In this document: piece after piece, positions 38,876 to 57,157 of the stretch
Numbering within the stretch: position 1 is the first letter of the stretch
Layout: each line of letters begins with the position of its first letter
Source: the human T2T-CHM13v2.0 reference genome, Homo sapiens
Strand: one strand, 5' to 3'
Length of the DNA stretch: 64,000 nucleotides
Assembly (NCBI RefSeq): GCF_009914755.1
Contig: NC_060929.1
The notes under the pieces: generated by a model
What the model saw: the letters and a program-made list of their open reading frames with translations, nothing else
The model's database searches: none
What the model was told of the DNA's origin: nothing
Made by a program: the position numbers and the translations under genes

Positions 38876-40777
38876 CACAATGTGCCCAGCGATCTAGGGT
38901 CAGAGATTTGGAGGTGACCAAACTATCTGACACTCTAACAAGTCCTGTCTCCTCTGGCAGATGGAAAGCTATAGGCTCTGCCAGATGCCAGGGTGCCCTT
39001 ATGTGTGAGGAAACTACAATAGTAAAAAACACAAGTTTCTCCAACTCCAGGAGCTTTTATTCAAAATATATCAATGCCTAACTCTGCTCCTAGGACTGTA
39101 TTTTGAAACACCCCCAGGTGATTTTGATAGCTGATTGAGAGAAACTTACTATATAACTCCTTTGAGAACCTCATCTCATTTGCTCTTCCCACCATTGCTG
39201 TTGGCTAGGTACTAACATGCCTCTCTTATAACAGCTTCACAGAGGTCAAGTGACTTGCTCAAGTTCACAGAGCAAGTAAGAGAGATTCTAACCCCTGTCT
39301 AACTCCAGAATGTGTGCTTTTAATTTCTTGGCACTTGGAACTTTAAAAGCTTGAGGACAGGAGAGGGGAGTTGCCTCTGCTGGGATTTTGCTTCTGCTGG
39401 GATGGGGCAAGGGTGGGGTTCCTTCCCTTTTAGGACCTTACATGTGGGGAAAGTCTTCTGTGGCTCCTCATTTCTGAGCAGTCCCCGCAGCGCAAACTTG
39501 GCCAGTTATCCTTTTGGAGATTGAGTTCCCCCAGCTCCGTTTCCTCCTATCACAATCACTGCATTTCCATGTAGATTCTGCTGTGTCTAAGAATACAGTG
39601 GCTGAGGGCTGGCCATCCCTGTGCCCTTCTCCATGGCAGCCCCAGAATGGTGCTGGTGACTCCCGATACACCTGGAATGCTAGGTTTCTGGGTTCTGCTC
39701 ATATCACTGCCACCTGTGAGCCTTGAGTGAGCCACTGGCAGTTCCGGAGCTTCCTTCTCCCTGGAGTAATCTGAGATACTCACACTCTCTGCTTCTGGGA
39801 GCAAGTATGAGTATTAATTACCAGCCCACCCCAGAACCAGTGAGGAGGTGGCTCTAGGAGTGCTCCATGAGAGTGTGTGATGGGATAACACACCCCCTGG
39901 AAAGACCAGAAGGGACTCAGGAATGAAGTGGCTGGCCAGAGCCCCACACCTTCAGCTAGGTGGGAGATGGCTACACATCAGCCCCTTGGGAGCCCTGGAG
40001 ACTTAGTTGGCCCTGCTTGGAGGCTGTGGGAGCTGGATCCCTCCCCGCTGCATCCCTTCCATTTTTCTCCGTCTCAGACAGAGCAGCCTTGTTCTCTTCT
40101 CCTTAGTCACAGACCATTGTCTGGCACGGAGTTCTAGGGGTGAGAAGTGTCCCGGGACTTGGATGCCCCGCAAAGGCCCAATCTGGCATGACTCCTAAAT
40201 TAATAATGTATTTAGCTGTGGGAAGAGATTCTTGCAAGCCAAGGGCCCAGAGAAGATGTCCCTGTGAATGTGTCACTGCACAACCTGGCACCAAAAGGGT
40301 TACCAAGAACAGCAGCCATCTTGCTGCAGAGGATGCTTTGTTCCCAGCTGAGGAGTTGAATAAATTCATTCTAGGGCTGGTAGAATTCTCATTGAAAAGC
40401 CTCCTTTGCCACTTTAGGGGGCTTTGTCTGCACCTCTTCCCCCAGTTCCACAGAAGATGCCTTCAGTCCTTGAATTTTGGCTCAGGAGTTCTGACTCTGG
40501 GGGCAGGGAGGAAGGGGCCATTTCTTTAGGAAAGGAGTCTCAGCTTGCTCACTGTGGTCAGATGAAATGTGATTTATCTCTTGGTTTCTGGTACCTCAGA
40601 CCTCTGAGACCTGAGGTGTATTTTGTCTTTGGAGATGAGTCCACCCCTGCCCCCTCTTAGTCCGTTTTCTTCTCTGTGCCCACTCCCCTCCTTCTCTCCC
40701 GGCCCATCCCTAGGGGCTCGGGTGACATTCTAACTTCTCACGGGTACTCAGCCCCTTTCCCTCTGTTTTCTCCACAG

Positions 40778-40836
40778 CAAGCCCCGCCCAACACGGACTG
40801 GCGTTTCTCTCAGGCCCAGAGACCCGGCACCAGCGG
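40778..40836 (+). CDS. PCDHG@: Protocadherin-gamma constant exon 1 (59 bp), [20 protein letters not shown]
   Basis: Acceptor ctgttttctccacag|CAA; donor GG|gtaggt; known PCDHG constant peptide. Confidence 0.96.
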
Positions 40837-41379
40837 GTAGGTGACTGATTCTCCAGCCCACCCTCTTCTCTGCGGCATTTTCTCAGGGATGACGTGGGAG
40901 GAGATGGGGGAGGGCCCAGCATTTGCTACAGATGGCTTCTCCCTCAGTTTGAGATCCCAGGGAGGTCTTGGTGTGCGGGGGGCTGGCACACAGACCCCGG
41001 AAGGAAGAGGCGACTGCCCTGACTGTTCAGGAAGCTCAATTCACATGCTTGCCCCTTCCCTCCTCGCCACGACCGGCACCTTTTCCTATCCCCTGAGGGC
41101 ACTGTGGAACCAAAGGATGGTCTTAAGCTGGTCTCTGGGTGAAAGCGAGGCTTTCTATGCCCATGTACTGCCTAACCCCCTCCCCTGAGTTGAGCTGGGC
41201 TCCATTATGACCTGGGGCTCAGGCAGAAAAGCATTTGACCGGAGGAGGCGGTCCGCACTCAGCGCCTCCTCCAGAGCCTCCAGAGCCGAGGCTGACTGCA
41301 GCCTGGGGAGAGTGGAGGCAGCACAGCTGGAGGTGGAACTGAGGAAGGACTGGGCGGGGCATGGAGCAGGCCCCCTTCT

Positions 41380-42020
41380 CCGGCCCCTCCTCCCACTGTC
41401 CTCTGCCCCTACTTGTCCTGCTCTCTGTCTGTGGGGTCTCCGTGTCTCTGCCCCTTTTTCTTGAGTTTCCGTCTTTGCCACTTTCTCTTACCTCTCAGTC
41501 CTTCCCTCAGTCTCTATCTCGCTTTGCAATCTCTGCCTCTCCCTCTCTTCTCCATCTCTGTCTTAGCTTCCGTCTTGATTGCTGCACCTCAGCCTCAGTC
41601 CCTTTCATTTGTCTACTTGCATTGATCTGTGCCGCCCACTGTGCCTGCCATGGCATAAGTGCTCAATAAATGTGGAGTGAGTAACTACACGGGACCCTTA
41701 GTCTCTTTCTCCTTCTCTATCTCTGCCTCCCTGTCCTTGTCCTGGACCTCTTTTCTGTTTCTCCTTTCACCGTTTCCTAGCGCCTTGTGTTCTTCTATCC
41801 CCAGCCTCTATGTTTCTCTGTCTCTCACTATTTCTGCTTTCCTCTCTGTTCTTTGTCTCTCTTTGTCTCTGTCTCTGTATATCTTTCTTTGTCTCTGTCT
41901 CTGGTCTCTGTGCCTGTTGTCTTTTTCTGCCTCTTTCTCTGTTACTCTTTCTTTATCTCTCTTTTTCTTTTATCTTGTCTTTTTTCTCTGAGCCTCTGTC
42001 TCTGTCTCTCATTTTTTTGT
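41380..42020. repeat. CT-rich low-complexity polypyrimidine region
   Basis: Several hundred bp dominated by tctc/tctg/ttct. Confidence 0.85.
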
Positions 42021-42874
42021 GCTTGTGGGCAAGCCAGCACACACAACCCCCCACCCACCACCCACCAACACCCCGCTCTCTTCCTTCCCTGCCCCTCACA
42101 CACTGAGCCTTTGATCGCAGCTCTCCACCAGACACCCTCCCATCCAAGCAGCCCCAGCTGCTCATTTCAATCTGGTATGAATTCCTGCTGAGACAGGAAC
42201 CCCCTGCGGGCTGAAGGGGAGGGAAACTTCAGCAGAAAGACCTTCAGTTGGTCTGAGCAGAGTGGGATAGGCTCTGCGCCAGGCCTCCCAGTTAGAAGTC
42301 AGGAGCCTGGAGGAGTCTCAGAGCCCAGGGAGAGAAGCAGGAGCTTGGGCCACCTTACCCTACCTCCTCAATGGTTGAGTACTTGCTGTCCACATTTGCC
42401 AAGTTGCTACAGATGCTGAGCTTCCAAGAGTTATCTTTCCCCCATCCTGCAACCAACCAAACCCTTGTTGCCACAAGGACCCAGGAGCCCTTGGTGTATG
42501 GCAGAGATTCCAGCTTCTGGGCATGCACAGTCCTGTCACCCATTTTAGGAACGCAAAGCGCTTCTTAGAAGGCCCCTAAAAAGCAGCAGATCAAAAGGCT
42601 TGGGCTGCCCTTGCCCTTCCTTTGACCCCAGCTGTTGTCCTTCTCCCTGCTGGCCTTGCCAACCTTCTCATAAGTTATCCATTAAGTCATTAATGTATTC
42701 ATTCGTTCATTTATTCAACAAATATTTATCGAGCATCTACTATGAGCAGGGCCCTGTGCTAAACATTGGGCTATAGGAGTGAACAAGTAGATGTGATCCC
42801 AGAACTCATAGGCTTCCAGACCAGCAGAGGAGACTGAAAATTTGCAACAAGTAACACTTAAAAAAAAAAAAAAA

Positions 42875-43818
<944 letters not shown>

Positions 43819-44190
43819 TGATTCAGCGGCTCCAAAGTGAAATAAGCGTTAGGATCTAGTCCAGTAACTTCAACTTCTCTCCTTCATTCATTCAACAAAT
43901 GGTCAGTGAGCACTTTCTGTTGGCCAGGCAGTGTTCTCGATGTGGGAGGCCCCTGCCCTCAAGGAGTTTACAGTGCACTGAAGGAGACAAATATTGACCA
44001 AATAATTACAAAAATAAATGTGAGACTGAAACTGTCATAAGTGCTAGGTAGAATTGTATCTGGTGGTGTGGGCGTATAATAGGGATTTGATTTAGGGAGC
44101 AGGAGGACATCCTGGAAATGAAGTTGTGCTGAGATCTGAAAGACAAATACAAATTAACCAGCTAAAGAAAAGAAGGAAGAGCATTCCAGA

Positions 44191-45036
<846 letters not shown>

Positions 45037-45662
45037 TTACATTCTGAAGTTCCTGCTTGGCACATGCTTCTCCTCCCCACCACTATCCCTTCTCAGGTCA
45101 TCCTTTGGGTGTCTGATCCCAATAGCTGTTGTCTCAAGCTCTGAGCCCAGCAAACCATTTCCCCCTTCTTAGGCTGTAACCCAGGCCCTGCCCTGCAGCT
45201 GTCCCCAGCCTCTGCACAAAGAGTCTCCATTTGGTCCCTAGACTGTTCTCTGATGGCTCCACACTACCATCCCTCCTCTGAGAGACAGTATCCCTGCTCT
45301 CTCTCAGTTTGGGCAGTCATTCAACAAACAAATAGCAACTTAATTTTTTTCCACTTATAAAATAGTACATGCTCATTATAGAAACATGAAAAATAGAAAA
45401 AAAATTAAAAGGAAAACCACCCATCATTTTACAATCTAGGGAGAACCACCACCAACTACAGTTTAATATGAAACATTTCAAATATGTACAAAAGTAGAGA
45501 GAATGGTGTCATGAACCTGTATGATACCACTATCCAGCTTCAACTAATGCCTTATCTTGTTTCACCTATATCCCTACCCTTATCCTGTCCTTGGATTCTT
45601 TTGAAGCAAATCTCAGACATCATATAATTTCATCTTGGTCTCCACCATCTTTAACAGATGAC

Positions 45663-47137
<1,475 letters not shown>

Positions 47138-47258
47138 TCATTTACATTTTAACACAATTAAATTCAGGCTGTTGTCAGGGTGACTTCCTAGATTTCTCAG
47201 TTTTTTGAGCATGATGTAGGGAGTATTTTATTATAGTCCAGTCTATGGGATATTCCCT

Positions 47259-47260
<2 letters not shown>

Positions 47261-47311
<51 letters not shown>
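47261..47311. repeat. (CA)n microsatellite, about 25 units
   Basis: Uninterrupted CA run. Confidence 0.97.
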
Positions 47312-47313
<2 letters not shown>

Positions 47314-48706
47314 CAAACTCAATAGGGCAAGAACCATATTCATCATCTCTTAAATCCTAGGTCCTGTCACAGGCCACTGCTTGGAAAATAGTTGACTAAA
47401 TGTAGTCCATTTCTTCCATTTTTACTTTTCACTATTCCCCAAATCCTGGAAGAGTCCCTCATATCTGCTGCTGGGGCTCCAAGGCCGCCAAGCTGAAGCC
47501 CAGTACGTTGTTGTGCATAAGATCATAGGCCCTGGAATCATATTAGGCTGGCTTTCAGGTTGCAACTCTACCAGTTCCAGCTGTGTGACTCTGGTATAGT
47601 CTCTCAACCTCTCTGAGCCCTGTTTTCATCTGTTGGAAAATATAGATAATCACAACACTTATCTGCAGGGTGATTCCGAGGATAAAAAAGACAAATATAT
47701 TACCCAGTCAGCTTAGAATAGGAAGCTCTCAGTAAATGGTTAAAAAAGAGGTCTCTCTCCCTCTGCTCATCTCTTACCCAGCTTCACATAATTGGCAGCC
47801 CACCCACCTGTTTGGCCCTCAACCTTCAACCATTTCCCAGGACGCCTCCTTACACTCCTGATCATCATGGTTCCAACCCCACTTTTCCACTCAGCTTTGT
47901 TCCCTCAACACCACTGCTCCCTGTGACAGGTCATCCTCCTAACCTCTGGCATCTGGTCCCGTTGTCTCCCTGACAACCCGCATGCTCTCCTCCCTGCAAC
48001 CCCCGCCGCTTGCCTGCTCTCCCTACTTTATTCCCATTAGCCCCCTTCACCTGGGGCTGAGAACACCTGGCCTTGACCCTGCACCCTCAGCCAGGCCCAC
48101 GGAGCTCAGTCGGGCCGGAAGTAAGGACCCCAGATATTCAGTTGAGGAATTTAACATTAATACAATAATATAGAATCCACCAGCAGATTTTCATAAATGT
48201 TCTGTGTGTTCTTTTATCCTTTTTTTTAATCCAGGATTTTATCAAGGAGCATAGATTGCATTTGGTTGTCACGTCTTTCCTCTCCTTTAATCTGGAGCCA
48301 GCTCCCAGTCTTTTTATTTTTTTAATGACATGGATATTTTTAAAGAGTCCAGGCCAGTTGTACTTTAAAATGTCCCCGAACCTGGATTTGCTGGCTATTC
48401 TCTGATGGTTAGATTCAGATTACACACCTTGGTAGGAATACTTCCCGCAGCATCACACTGGGACTCATCTAACGTCGGCCTGTCCCACTATCAGTGATGC
48501 CGAGTTTGTTCGTGTGGTAAAAACAGTGTCCCAGATCTCTCCATTATAAAAATATATTTTTATAAAGATATTTTAAAATATTTGTGAAAATATAAGTAAT
48601 CTGTGGATGATACTTTGAGATAGGCAGCAACTCTTCATGCAATTTTAGTATTCCCTGATGATCCTTGCCTGTATCTGTTTTTACATCAGTGATTACAAAG
48701 CGGTGA

Positions 48707-49618
<912 letters not shown>

Positions 49619-50819
49619 TTATTGAATCAATGGAAACAGAATTACAACTCTTCCCACTTTTGGGAAGGAGAATTGAGATTCCTGCTTTCCCCTTCAACCC
49701 TAGCTTTATGTTTGTTGTGATGGTATAGAGGTCACACATGGCAGCCTTGTGTCTGTTCTTAGGCTGAGTTCATCTACTTAGGGACGGGGAATCCCAGATT
49801 GGGCAAAACCAAAAGCAGGGACAGACCTTGGAAAAATTGTAAAGCAGTTCTTGGTTGTGCTCACCCACCATGACAAAATATGCACACACACAACGCAACA
49901 CACACACAGACATTTTCATGCCTTCAAGGCCTACCCTACAGCCTTTCCCATGGTGCCAAACCCTTCTTCTTACCTTACAGTCACTTAACTGTCTCTGCTG
50001 GTCTCTTCCCACTCATTTAGGCAACAAATATTTATTGAAAAACTTCTCTGAGCCAGATGGTGCCAAACAGTTACCTAAAGGGCAGACTGTGTGTGTGCCA
50101 GGGCTGTTTCCCGCCAACACTCCCCTGCAAATTGAAATAATTTCATCCTTGGAAATTCAAAAAAATCATGAAAATTGTCACTGTGGGAAAATTCCAAGTA
50201 GAGCTGAACCTTCTAAGAAGCAGAGAGTTCTTCTTATGGTTTAGTATTTTTTTAAATTATGAATCATTTCATGTTTTTTCAACACTCGGAGTTTCTAAAA
50301 GTCTCACTTAGGTCCAAGTGCTAGGCTTTGTGCTAGGTGCTTCAGTAGGAAGCAGGTGGAGTCGCTGCCTCACAGAAGCCAGTGTGGTGGAGGAACAGAC
50401 AGGCACTACAACAGCTGCAGTGTGACTAGTGCCATGTGGGGCAGCCGCTGGGATGGGAGTACAGTGGAGGCACCTGCCCAGTCTGAGTGGATCTCCTCTG
50501 ATATATTTTATTCGTGTCATCATGGCAAATGTTGGGGGACTGGCATTCTAGGGAACACCATCTGCCCAGGATTCACAGCAAGAGGGAACTTGAGGGATAG
50601 GAAAGTGCACCTTGGAAAAGGTTTGATGATAGAGTGTTTGAGGGCGGGGGGTGGGGGTTCTTGTAAAATAGGAGGGGCAGGTTCTTCTATGGCGGTGGAT
50701 TTTACTCTGAGGGCTTAGGAAGCCATTGAATTTTAGAAATTTCTTCTCCCTGCTCCAGGGTCTCTTGGGGCCTCCTACATCTCCCCCTAGGTACCTCCTA
50801 GGTCCCCACTTTTTCTCTA

Positions 50820-51289
<470 letters not shown>

Positions 51290-51377
51290 CTAGGTTTGGG
51301 AGCCCTGGGAGAGGACAGGAGGGGCATGAGCTGTGCCGGCCTGGGAGTCTGTGCTCACCATCCTACTCTCTCCCCAG

Positions 51378-51466
51378 CTCCCAAAATGGCGATGACACCG
51401 GCACCTGGCCCAACAACCAGTTTGACACAGAGATGCTGCAAGCCATGATCTTGGCGTCCGCCAGTG
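51378..51466 (+). CDS. PCDHG@: Protocadherin-gamma constant exon 2 (89 bp), [29 protein letters not shown]
   Basis: Acceptor ctctctccccag|C; donor G|gtaagt; phase matches constant exons 1 and 3. Confidence 0.96.
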
Positions 51467-52151
51467 GTAAGTGGTGTCAGTGTGTGTATGGAAGAGTGGG
51501 AGACCTGGGGTTCTGGGGTGCATCTCACAGCCACCATGCCCACGGACTGGATGTCAAACCTGTGTAGTTTCTCCAGATCTTTCGGCAGGTCTGAAAGGAC
51601 CCACAATTCCAAACATAAAGCCTGGAATTGTGGCTAAGGAACAGCAGAGGGGTTGGGGGTCCTGGGATGCCTGGAGGAGAGCGAACAAGGAAAAGACTCA
51701 TGGAGGGAATAGTGGTTACAAGTCTAGCTCTGGAATGGGACAGTGTAGCTCAGGTCCTAGCTCTACTATCCTTGGGACTTGGATCGACTTGCTCAATCTC
51801 TCTAAACCTCAGTTTCCTCAGCCTAGAAAGTGGGGACAGGGACCCCAAAGGGTTGTTGTAGAGATTAAATGAGATGATACCACAAAGCATAGAGTTCTGG
51901 GCCTGGCGCTTGGAAGCCCTCAAGCAATGAAAGTGGGTGTAGAAATCCCCAGCCGAGAGAACACCTCCTCTTTATGCGAGGCTCCTCTTTTGCTGCCCCT
52001 AACTCCAGAGTAGGATTCTGGTTTTCCCATAAGGTTGACTAAGGGCTTCCTTTGTAATAGAGATTCGGCTAGTGGTGGTTGTCCCTGAAGAGTCACTAGG
52101 GCCCAGAGCAGGAGAAGAAGAATATCATTTGTCCTTAAGAGCACAGCCTAA

Positions 52152-52447
52152 GCTGGGCGTGGTGGCTCACGCCTGTAATCCCAGCACTTTGGGAAGCAGA
52201 GGCAGGAGGATCATGAGGTCAGCAGTTCGAAACCGGCCTGGCCAACATAGTGAAACCCTGTCTCTACTAAAAATACAAAAATTAGCTGGGCATGGTGGTG
52301 CGTGCCTGTAGTCCCAGCTACTTGGGAGGCTGAGGCAGGAGAATCGCTTGAACCTGGGAGGTGGCTGTGGTGAGCAGAAAATCGCACCACTGCACTCCAG
52401 CCTGGGCAACAGTCTCGCTCTGTCTCAAAAAAAAAAAAAAAAAAAAG
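52152..52447 (+). mobile_element. Alu
   Basis: Alu consensus; TSD-like aagagcacag. Confidence 0.9.
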
Positions 52448-53182
52448 AGCACAGGCTTTAGAGGCAGGCCAATCTGGATTCAAATCCTGGCACCTGGCAC
52501 CACCACTTAGCAATGAGTCCTTAGGTAAGTTATTAAACCCCCTCGGTTTCACTTACTATTAATGGGCACAGTATTAACGGATCTCATTGTGGTGTTACCA
52601 GGGCCAAATGCAAGTCCCTCAGCACAGGATTGGCAGAGAGTAAGGGCACAATATATTATTATCTTTGCTGACCCAAACCCGTTTTTTACTGGGTAGAAAG
52701 CAGAATTAGAATAATGCCTATTAATAAAGACTAGCTTCTGGAGCAGCAAATCCTGGGCTTATAAGGAGGCTGGCAGAGGATCAAGGCATTGCCCTATATC
52801 ATGAACTGATAGCCCTGCCCTCCAGCATGTCTGGAGGACTGGTGGGTAGAGAACCAGGTGAAATCACAAGAAGCACTGTCATCATACCTGGGCACATACT
52901 AAACAAACTTTAGGGGCCTCCTGTCAATGAATCCTCTCAATAGCTCTGCAAGGCAGGTCTGATTTCTCACACTCGACAGATGAGAGAACCGAGAAGGCAC
53001 TTGCCCCAGGGTCCTCAGTTTTGAGCTGCCAAGCTGAGGTTCTAACCTGGCTCAACTCCTAAGTTTATGCTCTTTCTACTATAGGGACCATGGCTGCCTT
53101 TGGATCCAGCCTCGGCTTCTCTATTACCTGAGCAGGATGAGAGGCTGTCCTCTTCCTCGAGCTCTGCTTTATTCTTCCAGAT

Positions 53183-53380
53183 CAGGGTTGCCAGATAAAA
53201 TACAGGATGCCCAGTTACAGTTGAATGTCAGATAAACAGCAAGTACTATTTCAGCATAAGTCAGTCTCAAATGTTGCATGAGACATAATGTACTAAAAAA
53301 AAAAAAATGCTCATTGTTTACCTGAAATTCAAATTTAACTGGGAGCCCTGTACTTTTATTTACTAAATCTGGCAACTCTA
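53183..53380. mobile_element. MER33-like hAT-Charlie element
   Basis: Inverted ends agggttgccaga...tctggcaactct; internal ataaaatacaggatgcccagtt. Confidence 0.75.
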
Positions 53381-56096
53381 CCCCAGATGTCTGTGAGGTT
53401 AAGTGGGGCCAGGCCTACAGCTGACGGAAGGACAGAGAGAGAGGTGGCAGGGACTGCTGGCCTCCTGAGGCAGAGCTGTCCCAGGTCTGGTGGGGCTATG
53501 ATTCCAGAGAGGCCAGAGACTGAGTATGAAAGTGGCAGGCGGCTGGGTCTGAGGAGATGCCAAGTTGGCCTCTTGAGGGAAATAAACAGGTATATTTAGC
53601 TGTTGTGGCCTTGCGCCCTGAGGCCAGGAAGCAGCTTTTTAGCCTAAATCCAGATGTTAAAAACAGAAATGAAATCAGTATTTATGGCCCCAAACCCTCC
53701 AAGCAAGTCATGCAGCTCGTTCCCCTGTCAAGGCCTCCCACCTTTGGCCCACACAGGGCCTGACCCTCGTCTAAGCCTGCGCCCTGGGGAACGGACCCTG
53801 GGGGTGGAGGTGGTGGGTCAGGCCCTGCTCTCACTTTCACACCCGCTTCCTAGCCCTGAAACCAGAGAGGTTCCTGAAGTCCAGCCCAGCCAGGCCTGTG
53901 GGGCTGCTGAGAGGGGTTAAGTAAGAGGGAGAGTAAAAACCGACACTTGGGAGGAGGCTTTTAAAATAAACATCTGCGGGGAGGGATGCTCTCAAGGAGG
54001 CTGCGGTTTGCAGCTCAGCCAGCTGTGTTCCAGCTAATCAGCCTCCTTGGGCTACTCTGGAGTTGCTGCCTTGGCCCTGGGATGGGGTAGGTTAAGAGGA
54101 CAGAGGGAGGTCAGGGAGCTGGGGGCTGAGTTTCCCTGAGTAGAGGCTGGCACAGGAGAGAAGGCATCACCCCCACCTCGTCCAGGCCAGAAGATGTCCA
54201 GCTTCTTGAGGCTCTCCTAAGTCTGCCTCTCCTGGGACCAAGAGAAAATCCCGGTCCTTGACCAAGGTGGGCCTTGGGGGGAGTGGGGTGTAGAGGGAGG
54301 GGCACTGGAGAACTGACTCTACAGAAAGTCAAAGCTGGCAATCCAACTTCTTCCCCTCAGATTTATAGATGGGAAAACAGGCTTGAGCCACGCAGAGACT
54401 TGACCAAGCTCACACAGTTCCTTAGTGGCAGAGCAGAGCAAATATTCTCTTTCTTTTACATTCTGGATTTCCATATCTTCTCTCCCTCCTGGTCCAGCCC
54501 AACCTCAGGGCACCCCCCACGAGGTGGGCGGGGGATGGCTTTGTCACTTGCACCCACTCGGGGTGCTACTCAGAGATCTTGGGTGCACATAGGACGTGGG
54601 TGGGCCGAGCTTCTAGCTACTCCGTCAGGCCCTTCCTGTCATTCTGTCTCTGCCTCCCTTCTCCCTGCTTCTCCGTGTTCCTCCTCATTCTTTTCTGTGT
54701 GCAGGGAGACTACACCCCCCACCCCGCTCTTTCTCTGGCGCCTCTGAGGTCCCCCCTCTAGCCCCTAAATCACTCTGGAATCCTGGCTCTTTGAAGCCAG
54801 ATCTGGGCCCCCCTCCCCTACCCCTTCCATTCCCAGGCTGGGAAAGGCTGAAGAGGCTGACGGCTGGAGGGGAGGGGGCGGGGCGGTGGCGGATCTGGCT
54901 TCCTTTTGGAGTTAATTAGGGAAAACAGAGAAATGTCAGCGGAATGAAAGGGCTGGGGGTGGGGGCCAGCTGGGGTAGGAGAGGAGGAAGTGGGCAGCTG
55001 CTCCCTCCCACTCAACCCCTCTCCCCCGCCCCCAGAAAGCTCTCAGCTCCGGGGATTTGCGACATGAAATGGGGGCTGTAGAAACCTGAGCGCTGGTGCG
55101 TGAAGAGAAAAACCGAGGCGCATCCCGGCTCTCCCCTCCCGTGTGCCCTCCTCCTCTTATGCCGGCTTGAAAATATTTCCTGTCTCTCTATTTCTCAATC
55201 CCTGGTTGATGTCCCAGGATTACTCAGCCTCTCCGGCTTTAGTCACTCTCGCTACCCGCTCCCAGGGTCCAGGGTGGAGGCAGAGGGAGGCTGGGAGAGA
55301 AGCTCTACTGCCAGCTGGGCCTGGGCTGGCCTGGGCATCCCTGAGGTTTTAACTGTCTCCTAACCACAGAGGATCTCAGGGCCTCCAGCAGCGAGCCCCA
55401 ATGAGTCAAACTCTTGTTTCCTCCTCTCCCACCCCCGACCCAGTCAGGGCAGGTGAGGGGTAGAGGTGATGGCATGCTGGATGTGACGGTGTTGATGATG
55501 TATTGCACAGGATGAAGCACCATCTCATTTAGTCCTCACAGCAGCCTTCACAGTGCGTACAAATCAGCTGGCAATTCCGAGAGGCTGCATTCTAAACAAG
55601 TTCCTGGGTGATGCTGAGCCAGGGCCAGAGTGTGGACTTCTCTGGGCCCCAGTTTCTTCTTCTGTACAGTGGGACGTTGGACTGGAGGTGCTGTCTGATG
55701 TCACCTAGCTGTGGCACTCTGAGCCTGTGCCTAAAGTGTCCCTGAGATGTCTAGTCCCCGAGATCATCATCTCCTCAGCTTCATAGAGCCGAGCTCTTCT
55801 CCATCTTCTCTCTACCTCCCATTCACTCAGAACAGGGATAAGGTCCAAGCTGCTGGTGGTGATGGTGACTGACTGTCCCTTCCAGCATGCGCTTAGGTAC
55901 ACTTGGGCCTGAATGCCCCTCTAACAAATGCTACCGGGTATGGCCTTGGTCCTTCTAACACTTGGTTCCCTCATCTGTAAAATGAGGGTCATACCACATA
56001 GCTGGCTGGGCTGTTATGTAGAGGTTAAAAGTGATTGTGCATGTGAAGCATCCAGCAGAGTGCCTGGCACACAGTAGGTGCTCAAATGCTGTTTTG

Positions 56097-56275
56097 AAAT
56101 ACAAAAATTAGCTGGGCTAGTGGTGTGCACCTGTAATCTCAGCTACTCAGGAGGTTGAGGCAGGAGAATCACTTGAGCCCAGGAGGCAGAGGTTGCAGTG
56201 AGCCGGGATCGCGCCACTGCACTCCAGGCTGGGCGACAGAGCAGGACTCCATCTTAAAAAAAAAAAAAAAAAAAA
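56097..56275 (+). mobile_element. 5'-truncated Alu (right arm) next to a MIR
   Basis: 17-bp duplication aaatgctgttttgaaat at 56084-56100 and 56273-56289. Confidence 0.9.
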
Positions 56276-56930
56276 TGCTGTTTTGAAATGGAGGCTTGGA
56301 AGAGCACTCTTCACCCCCACCCCACACACTTACTAACGGAACTACCGAATCTCTACTCGTGCCAGGCCTTGCTTGGCAAAGGCTAGGGGCATGTAAAGCC
56401 ATGGTTTCATGGCTGCTGCCCTCCAGGAGCCCATGGTCTAGTGTGGGAGTCAGAGGCTCCCTTGAGAAAGCCAGGGCAAGGAACTGAGAGCCCGTGTCAC
56501 AGCCCTGAGAGAAATACCAGCGAATGTGTTTTGAGCACTTACATCTACCAGGCACTATTTTACGTACCTGACATACATTTTCTTATTTAGCATTCACTAA
56601 AACCAGAAGAGGTGGTTACCATTATCATCCCCATTTTGCAGATGAGAAAACTGAAGTGGCATAAGGAGGTTAGGTAGACTTGCCCAGGATCACAGTGAGT
56701 AAGGAAAGGAGCTAGGAATCAAACCTAGACTTTCTCACTCCAGAGCCTCTTAACCTCTACCCTCAACTCTTGTGAAGAGAGACTACCTTGGTGACCCCTA
56801 TATTCCCAGTGCTCAGCGTGGTCAAGGCCCAGGGTGCTGTATAGGCATTCATTAACTGCTGGGGATATAAGACAGTGACTGTTGAGGACCCTAAGTTTAG
56901 CTCCCACCTGATCTTCCTCTGTCTCTGCAG

Positions 56931-57157
56931 AAGCTGCTGATGGGAGCTCCACCCTGGGAGGGGGTGCCGGCACCATGGGATTGAGCGCCCGCTACGGACC
57001 CCAGTTCACCCTGCAGCACGTGCCCGACTACCGCCAGAATGTCTACATCCCAGGCAGCAATGCCACACTGACCAACGCAGCTGGCAAGCGGGATGGCAAG
57101 GCCCCAGCAGGTGGCAATGGCAACAAGAAGAAGTCGGGCAAGAAGGAGAAGAAGTAA
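56931..57157 (+). CDS. PCDHG@: Protocadherin-gamma constant exon 3, coding part: [42 protein letters not shown]...[10 protein letters not shown]
   Basis: Acceptor gtctctgcag|AA; lysine-rich C-terminus; TAA at 57155-57157; constant exons total 375 nt, i.e. 124 aa plus stop. Confidence 0.97.

Noticed and set aside
37852-39044. ORFs up to 186 aa in the CpG island
   Set aside because: Arg/Pro/Gly-rich products typical of stop-poor GC-rich DNA
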